Positions 10,068 to 18,116 of a stretch of 32,000 nucleotides of DNA are shown in pieces. The notes under the pieces are model-generated. The model was not told the DNA's origin and did not search any database. It saw only the letters and a list, made by a program, of their open reading frames with translations. Position 1 is the first letter of the stretch. Every line of letters begins with the position of its first letter. The stretch lies in assembly GCF_000012905.2 (NCBI RefSeq), contig NC_007493.2, positions 2,400,001-2,432,000 on the forward strand. Reading direction: 5' to 3'. A program made the position numbers and the translations under genes. The DNA is from Cereibacter sphaeroides 2.4.1 (GTDB lineage Bacteria > Pseudomonadota > Alphaproteobacteria > Rhodobacterales > Rhodobacteraceae).

Positions 10068-11402
10068 TCACGGCAGGAGCGGCGACCAGGCCGGATCCGA
10101 GGCCGGGACGCTGAGCGGCACCTTCTTCAGGTTCCGCCCCGAGATATCCACCGAATAGAGCGCCGGCTGCCCGCCCGCCCCCGCGCCCTCGCGGGTGAAC
10201 ATGAGCACGCGGCCGTTCGGCGCCCAGGTCGGGCCCTCGTCGAGGAACGAGGCCGTCAGCAGCCGCTCTTCCGAGCCGTCGGTGCGCATCACGCCGATGT
10301 GGAAGCGGCCCTGATGCTGCTTGGTGAAGGCGATGAGGTCTCCGCGCGGCGACCAGACCGGGGTGCCGTAGCGGCCCGCGCCGTTCGAGATCCGCCGCGG
10401 CTCGCCGCCGCCCGCGGGCATGATGTAGAGTTGCTGGCCGCCCGAGCGGTCGCTCTCGAACACGATCTGGCTGCCGTCCGGCGAATAGGAGGGCGCGGTC
10501 TCGATCGAGGGCGAATTGGTGAGCTGCCGGCGCGTCCCGCTGCCCGTGTCGAGCGTGTAGATGTCGGTGTTGCCGCCCTGCTCGAGCGAGAAAGCCACGG
10601 TGCGCCCGTCGGGGGCGAAGCGCGGGGCGAAGGTCATGGTGCCCGGCTGCTCGGCGAGGCCGCGGGTCGCAAGCGAGCCCACATCCATCAGATAGATGCG
10701 CGGGAAGCCCGTCGAATAGGAGGTGAAGAGGATGCGGTCGCCCGTGGGCGAGAAGCGCGGCGCCAGCACGATCGACGAGGAGTCGGTCAGATACTGCACG
10801 TTGGCGCCATCGTAATCCATCACGGCCAGCCGCTTGGCGCGCGCGTTCTTCGGCCCCGATTCCGAGACGAAGACCACGCGGCTGTCGAAATAGCCGCCCT
10901 CGCCGGTGATCCGGCTGTAGGCCACGTCGGCCACCTTGTGCGCCATGCGCCGCCAGCCCGAGGCCGAGCCCGCGAACTGCAGCCCTTCGCCCAGCGGTTG
11001 GTCCGAGAAGACGTCGTAGAGGCGGAACTTCACCACCACCCGGTCGCCCGAGGCCGAGACCGACCCGGTGATGAGCGCCTGCGCGTTGATCGCCTTCCAG
11101 TCGCCGTAGGCCACGGGGGCCTCGAAGCTCGTCACCCGGCTGATGTGGGCCGAGGCCGGGATCTCACGGAAGAGGCCGGTGCCGGACAGGTCCGAGGCGA
11201 TCACCCGCGCCATGTCGCGCGCGAGCTCCGAGGCGCCCGCGTTCTCGGCGACGAAGTCGGGCACCGCGAAGGGCAAGGGCTCGATCACCCCCTCGGTGAT
11301 CTGGATGCGCAGCGGCCCCTGCTGGGCTGCGGCGGGCACGGCTGCGGGCAGCAGCAGCGCCAGGGCCAGGCCCATCGGGGCGAGGGTTCTGAACAGGGTC
11401 AT
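10068..11402 (-). CDS. tolB: Tol-Pal system beta-propeller protein TolB
   Basis: Track ORF 10068..11456 trimmed to ATG (cat 11400-11402) with GAGGA SD. Signal peptide [26 protein letters not shown]. Repeated P.FSPDG/WSP propeller motifs. Confidence 0.95.
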   Translation of the reverse strand: MTLFRTLAPMGLALALLLPAAVPAAAQQGPLRIQITEGVIEPLPFAVPDFVAENAGASELARDMARVIASDLSGTGLFREIPASAHISRVTSFEAPVAYGDWKAINAQALITGSVSASGDRVVVKFRLYDVFSDQPLGEGLQFAGSASGWRRMAHKVADVAYSRITGEGGYFDSRVVFVSESGPKNARAKRLAVMDYDGANVQYLTDSSSIVLAPRFSPTGDRILFTSYSTGFPRIYLMDVGSLATRGLAEQPGTMTFAPRFAPDGRTVAFSLEQGGNTDIYTLDTGSGTRRQLTNSPSIETAPSYSPDGSQIVFESDRSGGQQLYIMPAGGGEPRRISNGAGRYGTPVWSPRGDLIAFTKQHQGRFHIGVMRTDGSEERLLTASFLDEGPTWAPNGRVLMFTREGAGAGGQPALYSVDISGRNLKKVPLSVPASDPAWSPLLP

Positions 11403-11471
11403 GGAGTCCTCATGCTCTCCGGGTTCCGTGGGGCCGGGCGCGGGGCCCGGCGACATAGGCGCGGCACGGGG

Positions 11472-12716
11472 TCATTTCATCCGCATCCCACTGGGATCGA
11501 ACACCATCTCGACCTCGCGCCACTGGTCGTACTTCTCGGGCGGCAGCGGGAAGCCGCGCGCGCCGCAGCGGATGATGGCCCGCCGCGCCGCCTCGAAGGC
11601 CTGCCGCGCGCCTGCATCCGTCCCGCCGCTCGACTCGATCATGCGGATCGAGCCGGCATCGGGCTTTCCGTCCTGCGACAGGCTCATCGCCACCGTCACC
11701 GTCGTCGAAAGGGCATCGCTCGAGAGCGCGCCCACGTTCCAGCACTGCTGCACGGCCACGCGGAACGCGTCCTTTTCGCCACTGGTGACGGGCGGGCCCG
11801 AGCGGGCGGGCGAGGCGGGCTTCTCGGCCGCAGGCTCTTCGCCGCCGCCCATCGCCTCGGCCAGCGCCGCGTCGATCGAGGCCTCGTCCTTGCGGGGCTT
11901 CTGGGCTGCGGGCTTCTCGGCCGGTTTCTCCGCGGGCTTGTCGGCAGGCTTCTCGGCCGTCTCGGTCCGGCTCGAGGCGGGCGTGGGCTCTTCCTCGGCG
12001 GGCTCGGGGGCGCGGGCGCGCTGCGGGCGCACCTTGGGCCGCATCGAACTCGTGGGGGCGAGCTGGGCCACCTCCTCCGTCTCGGTCGCCTCGGTCACGA
12101 TCTCGGTCGTGGCCTCCTCGGGCGCGGCCGGGGGCTTCTCCTCGACCTTCTCCTCGGCCGGGGTCTCGGCGTCGGGCGTGACCGCGGGCGTCGGCACCTC
12201 GGCCACCTCGGCCTCGGGCTCCGGCGCCTCGGCGGGCGTCGGTGCCACGCGGGGCGCGGGCTTCGGCTTCGGGCGCGGCGAGCTTTCCGGCACGAGGATC
12301 GGCTGCTCGACCTCGGCCACGGGCGCCACCGGCTCCGGCGCCTCGGCGATCTCGGGCTCGGGCACCGGCGCGATCTCGGGCGCGGTGGGGGCCGCATCCG
12401 GCGCGGGCGCAGGCTCCGGGCGCGGCTCGGGCGCGGGCGGCGGCGGCTCTTCGGCCACGGGTTCCGGCGCGGGCACGGGCTCGGCCTCCTCGGGTGGCGG
12501 CGCGGGCTGCGGCGCCTCGGCCGAGGGGGTGGGCGGCGTGTCGGACGGTTGGGTCGCGGCCGAGGTCATGGCGTCGAACTCCTCGCTCGTCATGAGCGAG
12601 ACGGAAGTCACGGCCACCTCGGGCGCATGATCGGGCTGGAAGAACCAGTCGCCGAGCAACAGCCAGACGATCAGGCTGAAGTGCCCGATGCCGGAGATGA
12701 TGACTCCCTTGTCCAT
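11472..12716 (-). CDS. tolA: cell envelope integrity protein TolA (N-terminal TM anchor, long Pro/Glu/Ala-rich linker, C-terminal TolA-III-like domain)
   Basis: Track ORF 11472..12764 trimmed to ATG (cat 12714-12716): MDKGVIISGIGHFSLIVWLLLG. Its position between tolR and tolB fits. About 250 aa are low-complexity P/E/A, followed by a globular C-terminus. Confidence 0.8.
   Translation of the reverse strand: MDKGVIISGIGHFSLIVWLLLGDWFFQPDHAPEVAVTSVSLMTSEEFDAMTSAATQPSDTPPTPSAEAPQPAPPPEEAEPVPAPEPVAEEPPPPAPEPRPEPAPAPDAAPTAPEIAPVPEPEIAEAPEPVAPVAEVEQPILVPESSPRPKPKPAPRVAPTPAEAPEPEAEVAEVPTPAVTPDAETPAEEKVEEKPPAAPEEATTEIVTEATETEEVAQLAPTSSMRPKVRPQRARAPEPAEEEPTPASSRTETAEKPADKPAEKPAEKPAAQKPRKDEASIDAALAEAMGGGEEPAAEKPASPARSGPPVTSGEKDAFRVAVQQCWNVGALSSDALSTTVTVAMSLSQDGKPDAGSIRMIESSGGTDAGARQAFEAARRAIIRCGARGFPLPPEKYDQWREVEMVFDPSGMRMK
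11895..11957 (-). repeat. 12-nt tandem repeat inside tolA encoding (A-E/D/Q-K-P)x5
   Basis: Units lie at 11946-11957, 11934-11945, 11922-11933, 11910-11921 and 11895-11906 (gggcttctcggc-like). They translate on the minus strand to AEKP ADKP AEKP AEKP A AQKP. Confidence 0.8.
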
Positions 12717-12726
12717 CCCGGTTGGC

Positions 12727-13197
12727 CTAGCCGCCGTTTCCGCCGAAGGTGGGGCCGCCCACATCGGTCACGAGGCCGATGTCCTGGAAGCCGCCCTTGT
12801 TGAGCGCGCCCATCACCTGCGCCACGCGCTCGTACGGGATCGAGCCGTCGGCGCGCAGGAAGACCTTCTTCGAGGTCCGCTCGGCCGCCACCGCCTGAAG
12901 CTTGGGAATGAGTTCGGCCTCACCGGTCTCGGTGGTCTGGATCATCAGGCGCCCGTCGGCGGCGATGGTGATGGTCAGCGGCTCTTCCTGCTCGGTGGGC
13001 AGCGCATTGGCGGCCGTCTCGGGCAGTTTCACCGGCACGCCCACCGTGAGAAGCGGCGCCGCCACCATGAAGATGATGAGCAGCACCAGCATCACGTCCA
13101 CGAAGGGCGTGACGTTGATCTCGGACATGGCGGCCGACTGGCCGCGACGCCGGCCGCGGCGCCCTCCGCCGCCCTTCTTGATGACGCCCGCACCCAT
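12727..13197 (-). CDS. tolR: Tol-Pal system protein TolR (ExbD/TolR family)
   Basis: Track ORF 12727..13197, 156 aa: ...MSEINVTPFVDVMLVLLIIFMV. 3 nt after the tolQ stop and 10 nt before the tolA start. Confidence 0.9.
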   Translation of the reverse strand: MGAGVIKKGGGGRRGRRRGQSAAMSEINVTPFVDVMLVLLIIFMVAAPLLTVGVPVKLPETAANALPTEQEEPLTITIAADGRLMIQTTETGEAELIPKLQAVAAERTSKKVFLRADGSIPYERVAQVMGALNKGGFQDIGLVTDVGGPTFGGNGG

Positions 13198-13200
13198 GGA

Positions 13201-13899
13201 TCAGGCCGCGTCCAGCTGACGCGACAGGATCGTCGCGAATTCGTCGGAGAAGGCGTCGTAGCCGCCGATGATCCGCTCGGAGTCCGCGTTGAGCTTGTTG
13301 TAGAACACCACGGCCGGGATGGCCGCGACGAGGCCGAAGGCGGTGGCCAGCAGCGCCTCGGCGATGCCCGGCGCCACGACGGCGAGGTTGGTGTTCTGAG
13401 AGATCGCGATCTGTTCGAAGGCATGCTTGATGCCCCAGACCGTGCCGAAGAGGCCGATGAAGGGCGCGGTCGAGCCGGTGGTGGCGAGGAAGGACAGGCC
13501 CGAGTTCAGGGTCTCGCTCTCCTTGTCGATCGCCACGCCCATCGAGCGGTCGATGCGCGACTGCGCGCCCGCGATCAGGCCGCCGTCATTGCGGTGGCTG
13601 CGCCGCCATTCGAGCATGCCGGCCGCGAAGATCTTCTCGGAGGCGCCTTCGGGCTGCGGCCCCAGACGCTCGAAGAGCTCGTCCAGCGGCTCGCCCGACC
13701 AGAAGGCGCGGTCAAAGATCGCCGCCTCGCGCCGGGCCTGCCGGTAGAGGAGGTGCTTGCGGACGATGATGGCCCACGACCAGAAGGACATGACGATCAA
13801 AAGGATCATCACGAACTTCACGGTGAGCGTTGCGCGCGCGAAGAGGGCGAGCATGGAGAAATCAATCTCCTGCGCCATCGCGAGGGTTTCCGTTTCCAT
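13201..13899 (-). CDS. tolQ: Tol-Pal system protein TolQ (MotA/TolQ/ExbB proton channel family)
   Basis: Track ORF 13201..13899, 232 aa, three TM segments, conserved ...TAPFIGLFGTVWGI...VAPGIAEALLATA. An alternative ATG lies 7 codons downstream. Confidence 0.93.
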   Translation of the reverse strand: METETLAMAQEIDFSMLALFARATLTVKFVMILLIVMSFWSWAIIVRKHLLYRQARREAAIFDRAFWSGEPLDELFERLGPQPEGASEKIFAAGMLEWRRSHRNDGGLIAGAQSRIDRSMGVAIDKESETLNSGLSFLATTGSTAPFIGLFGTVWGIKHAFEQIAISQNTNLAVVAPGIAEALLATAFGLVAAIPAVVFYNKLNADSERIIGGYDAFSDEFATILSRQLDAA

Positions 13900-13944
13900 C
13901 TGCCTGCTCTCTGGGGGCCGTTCTGCGGGCCGTTCTTAACGCCG

Positions 13945-13974
13945 ATTCTATCCGGCTTTTAGAGGGATTGCCAA
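13945..13974 (-). promoter_or_regulatory. candidate sigma70-type promoter for tolQRA (TTGGCA-18 nt-TAGAAT)
   Basis: The minus strand has TTGGCA (complement of 13969-13974), an 18-nt spacer, and TAGAAT (complement of 13945-13950), about 45 nt upstream of the tolQ ATG in the ybgC-tolQ spacer. Motif only. Confidence 0.3.
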
Positions 13975-14025
13975 CACATCTGCGTCAAGTGGCAAAGCTG
14001 CGCCACCTGCTGCTTTTGCAGGGCT

Positions 14026-14424
14026 TCAGGCCGCCTGCACAAGCTTTTGGCGGACTTCCGCCGGAAGCCGCGCCGCACGCCCGTCGGCGGCGAGGCACAC
14101 GAGCACCACGCGGGCCGCGAAAAGCCGCTCCTCACCGCGGCGCACCTCCTGATCGAGGAGGATGCGCGCGCCGCCCGTCTCGACGAGCCGCGTCTCGACC
14201 TCCAGAAGGTCGTCGAAGACCGCCGGGCGCAGATAGTCGGCCTCGACGCGGCGGACGGCGAAGACGATCCCGCTCTCGGCGCGCAGCCGCGCCTGATCGA
14301 CACCGAGGCCGCGCACCCATTCGCTGCGGGCCCGCTCGATGAACTTCAGATAGTTGGCGTAATAGACGATTCCCGCGAGATCGGTGTCCTCGTAGTAGAC
14401 GCGCAGGGCAAAACGGTGCGACAT
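14026..14424 (-). CDS. ybgC: Tol-Pal-associated acyl-CoA thioesterase YbgC (4HBT hot-dog fold)
   Basis: Track ORF 14026..14430. I prefer the second ATG (cat 14422-14424) because GGGAG sits 6 nt upstream. The N-terminus ...RVYYEDTDLAGIVYYANYLKF matches the YbgC signature. Confidence 0.85.
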   Translation of the reverse strand: MSHRFALRVYYEDTDLAGIVYYANYLKFIERARSEWVRGLGVDQARLRAESGIVFAVRRVEADYLRPAVFDDLLEVETRLVETGGARILLDQEVRRGEERLFAARVVLVCLAADGRAARLPAEVRQKLVQAA

Positions 14425-14691
14425 GGGCATCTCCCGGCAGGATGGCGCTTTCCGGAGGGGCTAACGCGAAGCTGCCGGCGCCGCAAGGAAGGCGCGGAAT
14501 TTCCTGCTGAAATTGAGCCTCCGGGCGCCCGTTTCCATGCGGTGCGAGTGTATGCCGCACCTTCCCGCGCGCGTTTGTGCGTGAGGAAGCCGCGGCACAT
14601 GCTAACTTCGGTTCCGCAGGTGCATCCGCATCATCCCGAGGCGTGTTGCGCGTCTGATCATGAGTTCTAATGCCCGTTAGAGGAGAGCACT

Positions 14692-14985
14692 ATGTCTGAT
14701 ATGGAAAAGGCGATGTCGCAGATGCTGGCCGACATGACGCCGAAGAAGCTGCCCACCAATGAGGAAATCTTCGGCAAGGGCGCCCAGCTGGGCGACGCCA
14801 AGGCGATGGGCTTCACCGACATCCTCGACTCGATGACGCCGAAGAAACTGCCGACCAACGAAGAGATCTTCGGCCAGCTCGCCGAGCTCGACACGACGGC
14901 CTTCGACGCGCTGCTCGATCTCTTCCGGCCGAAGAAGCTGATGAGCTACGACGAGCTCGGCAAGATGGTCGGGATGAAGTTCTGA
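14692..14985 (+). CDS. small acidic hypothetical protein (97 aa) with three PKKL-x3-(D/E)E-(I/L)-(F)G repeats
   Basis: Track ORF 14692..14985. GAGGAG SD 6 nt upstream of the ATG. GC3 strongly elevated, as in neighbouring genes. Internal peptide repeats are conserved at the protein level. No family recognised. Confidence 0.8.
   Translation: MSDMEKAMSQMLADMTPKKLPTNEEIFGKGAQLGDAKAMGFTDILDSMTPKKLPTNEEIFGQLAELDTTAFDALLDLFRPKKLMSYDELGKMVGMKF
14734..14961 (+). repeat. intragenic peptide repeats: MTPKKLPTNEEIFG (14734-14775), identical peptide (14833-14874), degenerate RPKKLMSYDELG (14926-14961)
   Basis: Direct comparison of the two 42-nt copies shows 5 differences, all at synonymous third positions. 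Confidence 0.9.
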
Positions 14986-15397
14986 TCGACAAGGGACGCT
15001 GACCCTTCGGGGCCCGAGCGGCCGGCCAGCGGGCCGGCCACGTCATCCGGCGGCCCGTGGCAGGCCCCTCGCTGAACGGATGAGCGAGCCCGCGGCAGCC
15101 CGCCGACGCGACCGGGCTGACCCAGGCCCCCGAATCCTGCTCTCCCTGCCCCGGATGCCCTGCCCGACGCCGCTGCCGCCGTCCTTCGGGTGACGCGCCC
15201 CCTGCCCCAGCGGCCGCCTGCCCCAGACCCGGCGAAGGCGCGGAGCCTCCGGCCTTCCGACATCTCCGCCCCACGGCCTGCGCCCCGCTTCCGGCCGGCC
15301 GCGCGGCGCAGGAGGGTTGCAATCGGCCCGGTGCTCGGCCTACCTCCGGTCTACCCGGCCCCTTGCGGCCGGCGCCCGCCGAGGTCGAGAGGATGCG

Positions 15398-16510
15398 ATG
15401 GCGCAGGACGAGATCCCCGAGCCCGACCGCGTGGAGGGTGCCCCCCACCCGCGCGAGACTCAGGCGCTCTTCGGCCATGCGCGGGCCGAGGCCGAGTTCC
15501 TTGCGGCCTTCTCCTCGGGGCGGCTGCATCACGGCTGGCTCATCACGGGGCCGCTCGGCGTGGGCAAGGCCACGCTCGCCTGGCGCATCGCGCGGTTCCT
15601 TCTGGCCACGCCGCCGGCGGACGGGCTCTTCGCCGCCCCGCCGCCCGACAGCCTCGCCATCGATCCCGACCATCCGGTCGCGCGGCGCGTGAGCGCGCTG
15701 GCCGAGGGGCGCCTCTTCCTCCTCCGCCGCGCGTGGGACGAGAAGGCCAAGCGCCTGAAGACCCAGATCACCGTCGAGGAGGTGCGGCGGATGAAGGCCT
15801 TCTTCGCCCTCTCCGCGGCCGACGGAGGGCGGCGCGTGGCCATCGTGGACCCGGCCGACGAGATGAACGTCTCGGCCGCCAATGCGCTGCTGAAGCTTCT
15901 GGAGGAGCCGCCCGAGGGCGTCACGATCCTGCTGGTCTGCCACCAACCCTCGCGGCTCCTGCCCACGATCCGCTCGCGCTGCCGCGAGCTGCGCCTTGCC
16001 CCCCTTGCGCCCGAGGACATGGCGCGCGCCCTCGCCGCGGCGGGGGTCGAGGCGGACGATCCCGCGGCTCTGGCCGAGCTTGCGGGCGGCTCGGCGGGCG
16101 AGGCGATCCGGGTGGCGAACCTTGAGGGGGTCAAGCTCTACCGGGCGCTGGTGGGGCTTCTGTCCACCCTGCCCCGGCTCGACCGGGCGAAGCTCGTGGC
16201 GCTGGCGGATGCGGCTTCGGGCAAGGGCGCCGAGCCGCAGTTCGAGCTGATGCTCACGCTGATCGACCTCTTCCTCGCGCGGCTCGCGCGGGCGGGCACG
16301 CTGCGGCTCCTGCCGCCCGAGGCCGTGCCGGGCGAGGCCGACCTGATCGCGCGGCTCGCGCCCGACGCCCGCGCGGCGCGGCTCTGGGCCGATCTCGCCC
16401 AGTCGCTCGGCAACCGCGCGCGGCGCGGCCGGGCGGTCAACCTTGACCCTGCCGCCCTTCTCATGGATATGGTGCTCAGGATCGACGAGACGGCGGCTCA
16501 GCTCGCCTGA
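15398..16510 (+). CDS. holB: DNA polymerase III subunit delta'
   Basis: Track ORF 15317..16510 trimmed to ATG 15398 (GAGAGGA SD): MAQDEIPEP...HHGWLITGPLGVGKATLAWRIARFLL...LLKLLEEPP...SRCR. Clamp-loader delta' pattern. Confidence 0.9.
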   Translation: MAQDEIPEPDRVEGAPHPRETQALFGHARAEAEFLAAFSSGRLHHGWLITGPLGVGKATLAWRIARFLLATPPADGLFAAPPPDSLAIDPDHPVARRVSALAEGRLFLLRRAWDEKAKRLKTQITVEEVRRMKAFFALSAADGGRRVAIVDPADEMNVSAANALLKLLEEPPEGVTILLVCHQPSRLLPTIRSRCRELRLAPLAPEDMARALAAAGVEADDPAALAELAGGSAGEAIRVANLEGVKLYRALVGLLSTLPRLDRAKLVALADAASGKGAEPQFELMLTLIDLFLARLARAGTLRLLPPEAVPGEADLIARLAPDARAARLWADLAQSLGNRARRGRAVNLDPAALLMDMVLRIDETAAQLA

Positions 16511-16521
16511 AGGTAAGCCTG

Positions 16522-17319
16522 ATGACCTCCCAAACGCCCCCGCAGATCGTCGACAGCCACTGTCACCTGGATTTCCCCGACTTCGACGGCGAGCATGAGG
16601 CGCTGATCGCCCGCGCCCGCGCCGCCGGCGTCACGCGGATGGTCACGATCTGCACCCGTCTGCGCCACGAGCCGCGGGTGCGCGCCATCGCCGAGGCGCA
16701 CGAGGGCGTCTTCTACGCCGCGGGCACCCATCCGATGAGCGCCGCCGAAGAGCCCATGGCCACCGTCGAGGAGCTGGTGGCGCTGGCCGCCCATCCGAAA
16801 TTCGTGGGCATCGGCGAGACCGGGCTCGACTACCATTACACGCCCGACAGCGCGCCGGTGCAGCAGGAGAGCCTGCGCATCCATATCGAGGCGGCGCGGC
16901 GCACGGGCCTGCCGCTCATCATCCATGCCCGCGATGCGGATGCCGACATGGCGCGCATCCTGACCGAGGAGCATCGCGCGGGCGCCTACGGCTGCGTGAT
17001 GCACTGCTTCTCGTCGGGGCCGGAGCTGGCGCAGGCCGCGCTCGATCTGGGCTTCTACCTCTCGATGTCCGGGATTGCGGCCTTCCCGAAATCGGCCGAG
17101 CTGCGGGCGATCTTCGCCGCGGCTCCGCTCGAGCGCATCCTGCTCGAGACCGACAGCCCCTATCTTGCCCCCCCGCCCTTCCGCGGCAAGCGCAACGAGC
17201 CCGCCTACACTGCCCATACGGCGGCGAAGGGGGCCGAGGTCTTCGGCCTCTCGCTCGCCGACTTCGCCGCCGCCACCTCGGCCAATTTCGACCGGCTCTT
17301 CGCGAAGGCCGCCGCCTGA
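16522..17319 (+). CDS. TatD family metal-dependent hydrolase/DNase
   Basis: Track ORF 16522..17319, 265 aa: IVDSHCHLDFPDF...GIGETGLDYHY...LETDSPYLAP. Its stop overlaps the next start (TGATG). Confidence 0.9.
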   Translation: MTSQTPPQIVDSHCHLDFPDFDGEHEALIARARAAGVTRMVTICTRLRHEPRVRAIAEAHEGVFYAAGTHPMSAAEEPMATVEELVALAAHPKFVGIGETGLDYHYTPDSAPVQQESLRIHIEAARRTGLPLIIHARDADADMARILTEEHRAGAYGCVMHCFSSGPELAQAALDLGFYLSMSGIAAFPKSAELRAIFAAAPLERILLETDSPYLAPPPFRGKRNEPAYTAHTAAKGAEVFGLSLADFAAATSANFDRLFAKAAA

Positions 17320-18116
17320 TGGCGCGGCTGCGCTGCACCATCCTGGGCTGCGGCTCGTCGGGCGGCGTGCCGCGGCTCGGCGGGCTCTGGGGCGCGTGCG
17401 ACCCGGCCGAGCCGAAGAACCGCCGCCGCCGCTGCTCGCTGCTGGTCGAGCGGATCGCCGAGGGCGGCACGACGCGGGTGCTGATCGACACCTCGCCCGA
17501 CATGCATCCGCAGCTTCTGGACGCAGGCGTGGGCGAGCTCGACGCCGTGGCCTGGACCCATGCCCATGCCGACCATGTCCATGGCATCGACGACCTGCGC
17601 CAGATCGTCTTCAACATGCAGAAGCGCCTGCCGGTCTGGGCCGATCCGGTCACGCAGGATGCGCTGCTCACGCGGTTCGGCTATGCCTTCGCCCAGCCCG
17701 CGGGCTCGCTCTATCCGCCGATCCTCGATCTGAACACGATCGAGGGGCCGTTCGAGGTCGAGGGAGCGGGCGGGACGATCCGGCTCCAGCCGTTCCAGGT
17801 GAGCCACGGACCCACCGAGGCGCTCGGCTTCCGCGTGGATGGCATGGCCTATCTGCCCGACGTGGTGGCGATCCCCGAGGAGGCCTGGCTGCATCTCGAA
17901 GGGCTCGAAATGTGGGTGCTCGACACGCTGCGCCGCAAGCCGCATCCGACGCATGCCCATCTCGCCCTCGCGCTCGACTGGATCGCGCGCGCCCGGCCGG
18001 AGCGGGCGATCCTGACCAACATGCACATCGACCTCGACTATGCCACGCTGGCGGCCGAGCTTCCGCCTCATATCGTGCCAGCTTACGACGGGCTGACCTT
18101 CGACCTCGCGGCATGA
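17319..18116 (+). CDS. MBL-fold metallo-hydrolase (PhnP/GPP-like)
   Basis: Track ORF 17319..18116, 265 aa. N-terminus ILGCGSSGGVPR and metal motif THAHADHVHG. ATGA overlap with the next gene. Confidence 0.85.
   Translation: MARLRCTILGCGSSGGVPRLGGLWGACDPAEPKNRRRRCSLLVERIAEGGTTRVLIDTSPDMHPQLLDAGVGELDAVAWTHAHADHVHGIDDLRQIVFNMQKRLPVWADPVTQDALLTRFGYAFAQPAGSLYPPILDLNTIEGPFEVEGAGGTIRLQPFQVSHGPTEALGFRVDGMAYLPDVVAIPEEAWLHLEGLEMWVLDTLRRKPHPTHAHLALALDWIARARPERAILTNMHIDLDYATLAAELPPHIVPAYDGLTFDLAA

Noticed and set aside
11880-12560. Highly repetitive GC-rich DNA that could be mistaken for a repeat array or mobile-element scar
   Set aside because: It is in-frame low-complexity coding sequence of the TolA linker. 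There is no repeat-spacer architecture and there are no terminal inverted repeats.
9342-12803. 1153-aa plus-strand ORF, the longest in the track, spanning the pal/tolB/tolA region
   Set aside because: It is antisense to three well-supported genes. Its translation is Arg/Gly/Ala/Pro-rich with no recognisable domain. Long stop-free antisense frames are expected at this G+C content.
13914-13935. Possible alphaproteobacterial LexA (SOS) box, GAAC-N7-GAAC, in the tolQ leader
   Set aside because: The two GAAC (GTTC on plus) elements are separated by 8 nt, not 7, giving a 12-nt period. tol genes are not known SOS targets. The repeat is kept only as an unexplained direct repeat.
14655-14682. TGATCA-N16-TTAGAG upstream of the small repeat ORF, reminiscent of what I recall of the R. 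sphaeroides RpoE (sigmaE) promoter (TGATCC ... TAAGA)
   Set aside because: My recollection of the consensus is imprecise and both halves are imperfect. The putative -10 overlaps the strong GAGGAG SD, so a transcript from it would lack the ribosome-binding site.
14667-14894. 75-aa minus-strand ORF with its own internal repeat (PKISSLVGSFFGV twice)
   Set aside because: It is the mirror image of the plus-strand repeat ORF. It has no SD and poorer codon bias. The plus-strand ORF has a strong SD and high GC3.
14986-15397. Possible tmk pseudogene remnant upstream of holB
   Set aside because: None of the three plus frames shows a P-loop (GxxGxGKST) or any other Tmk-like stretch. Only Pro/Arg/Ala-rich translation is seen.
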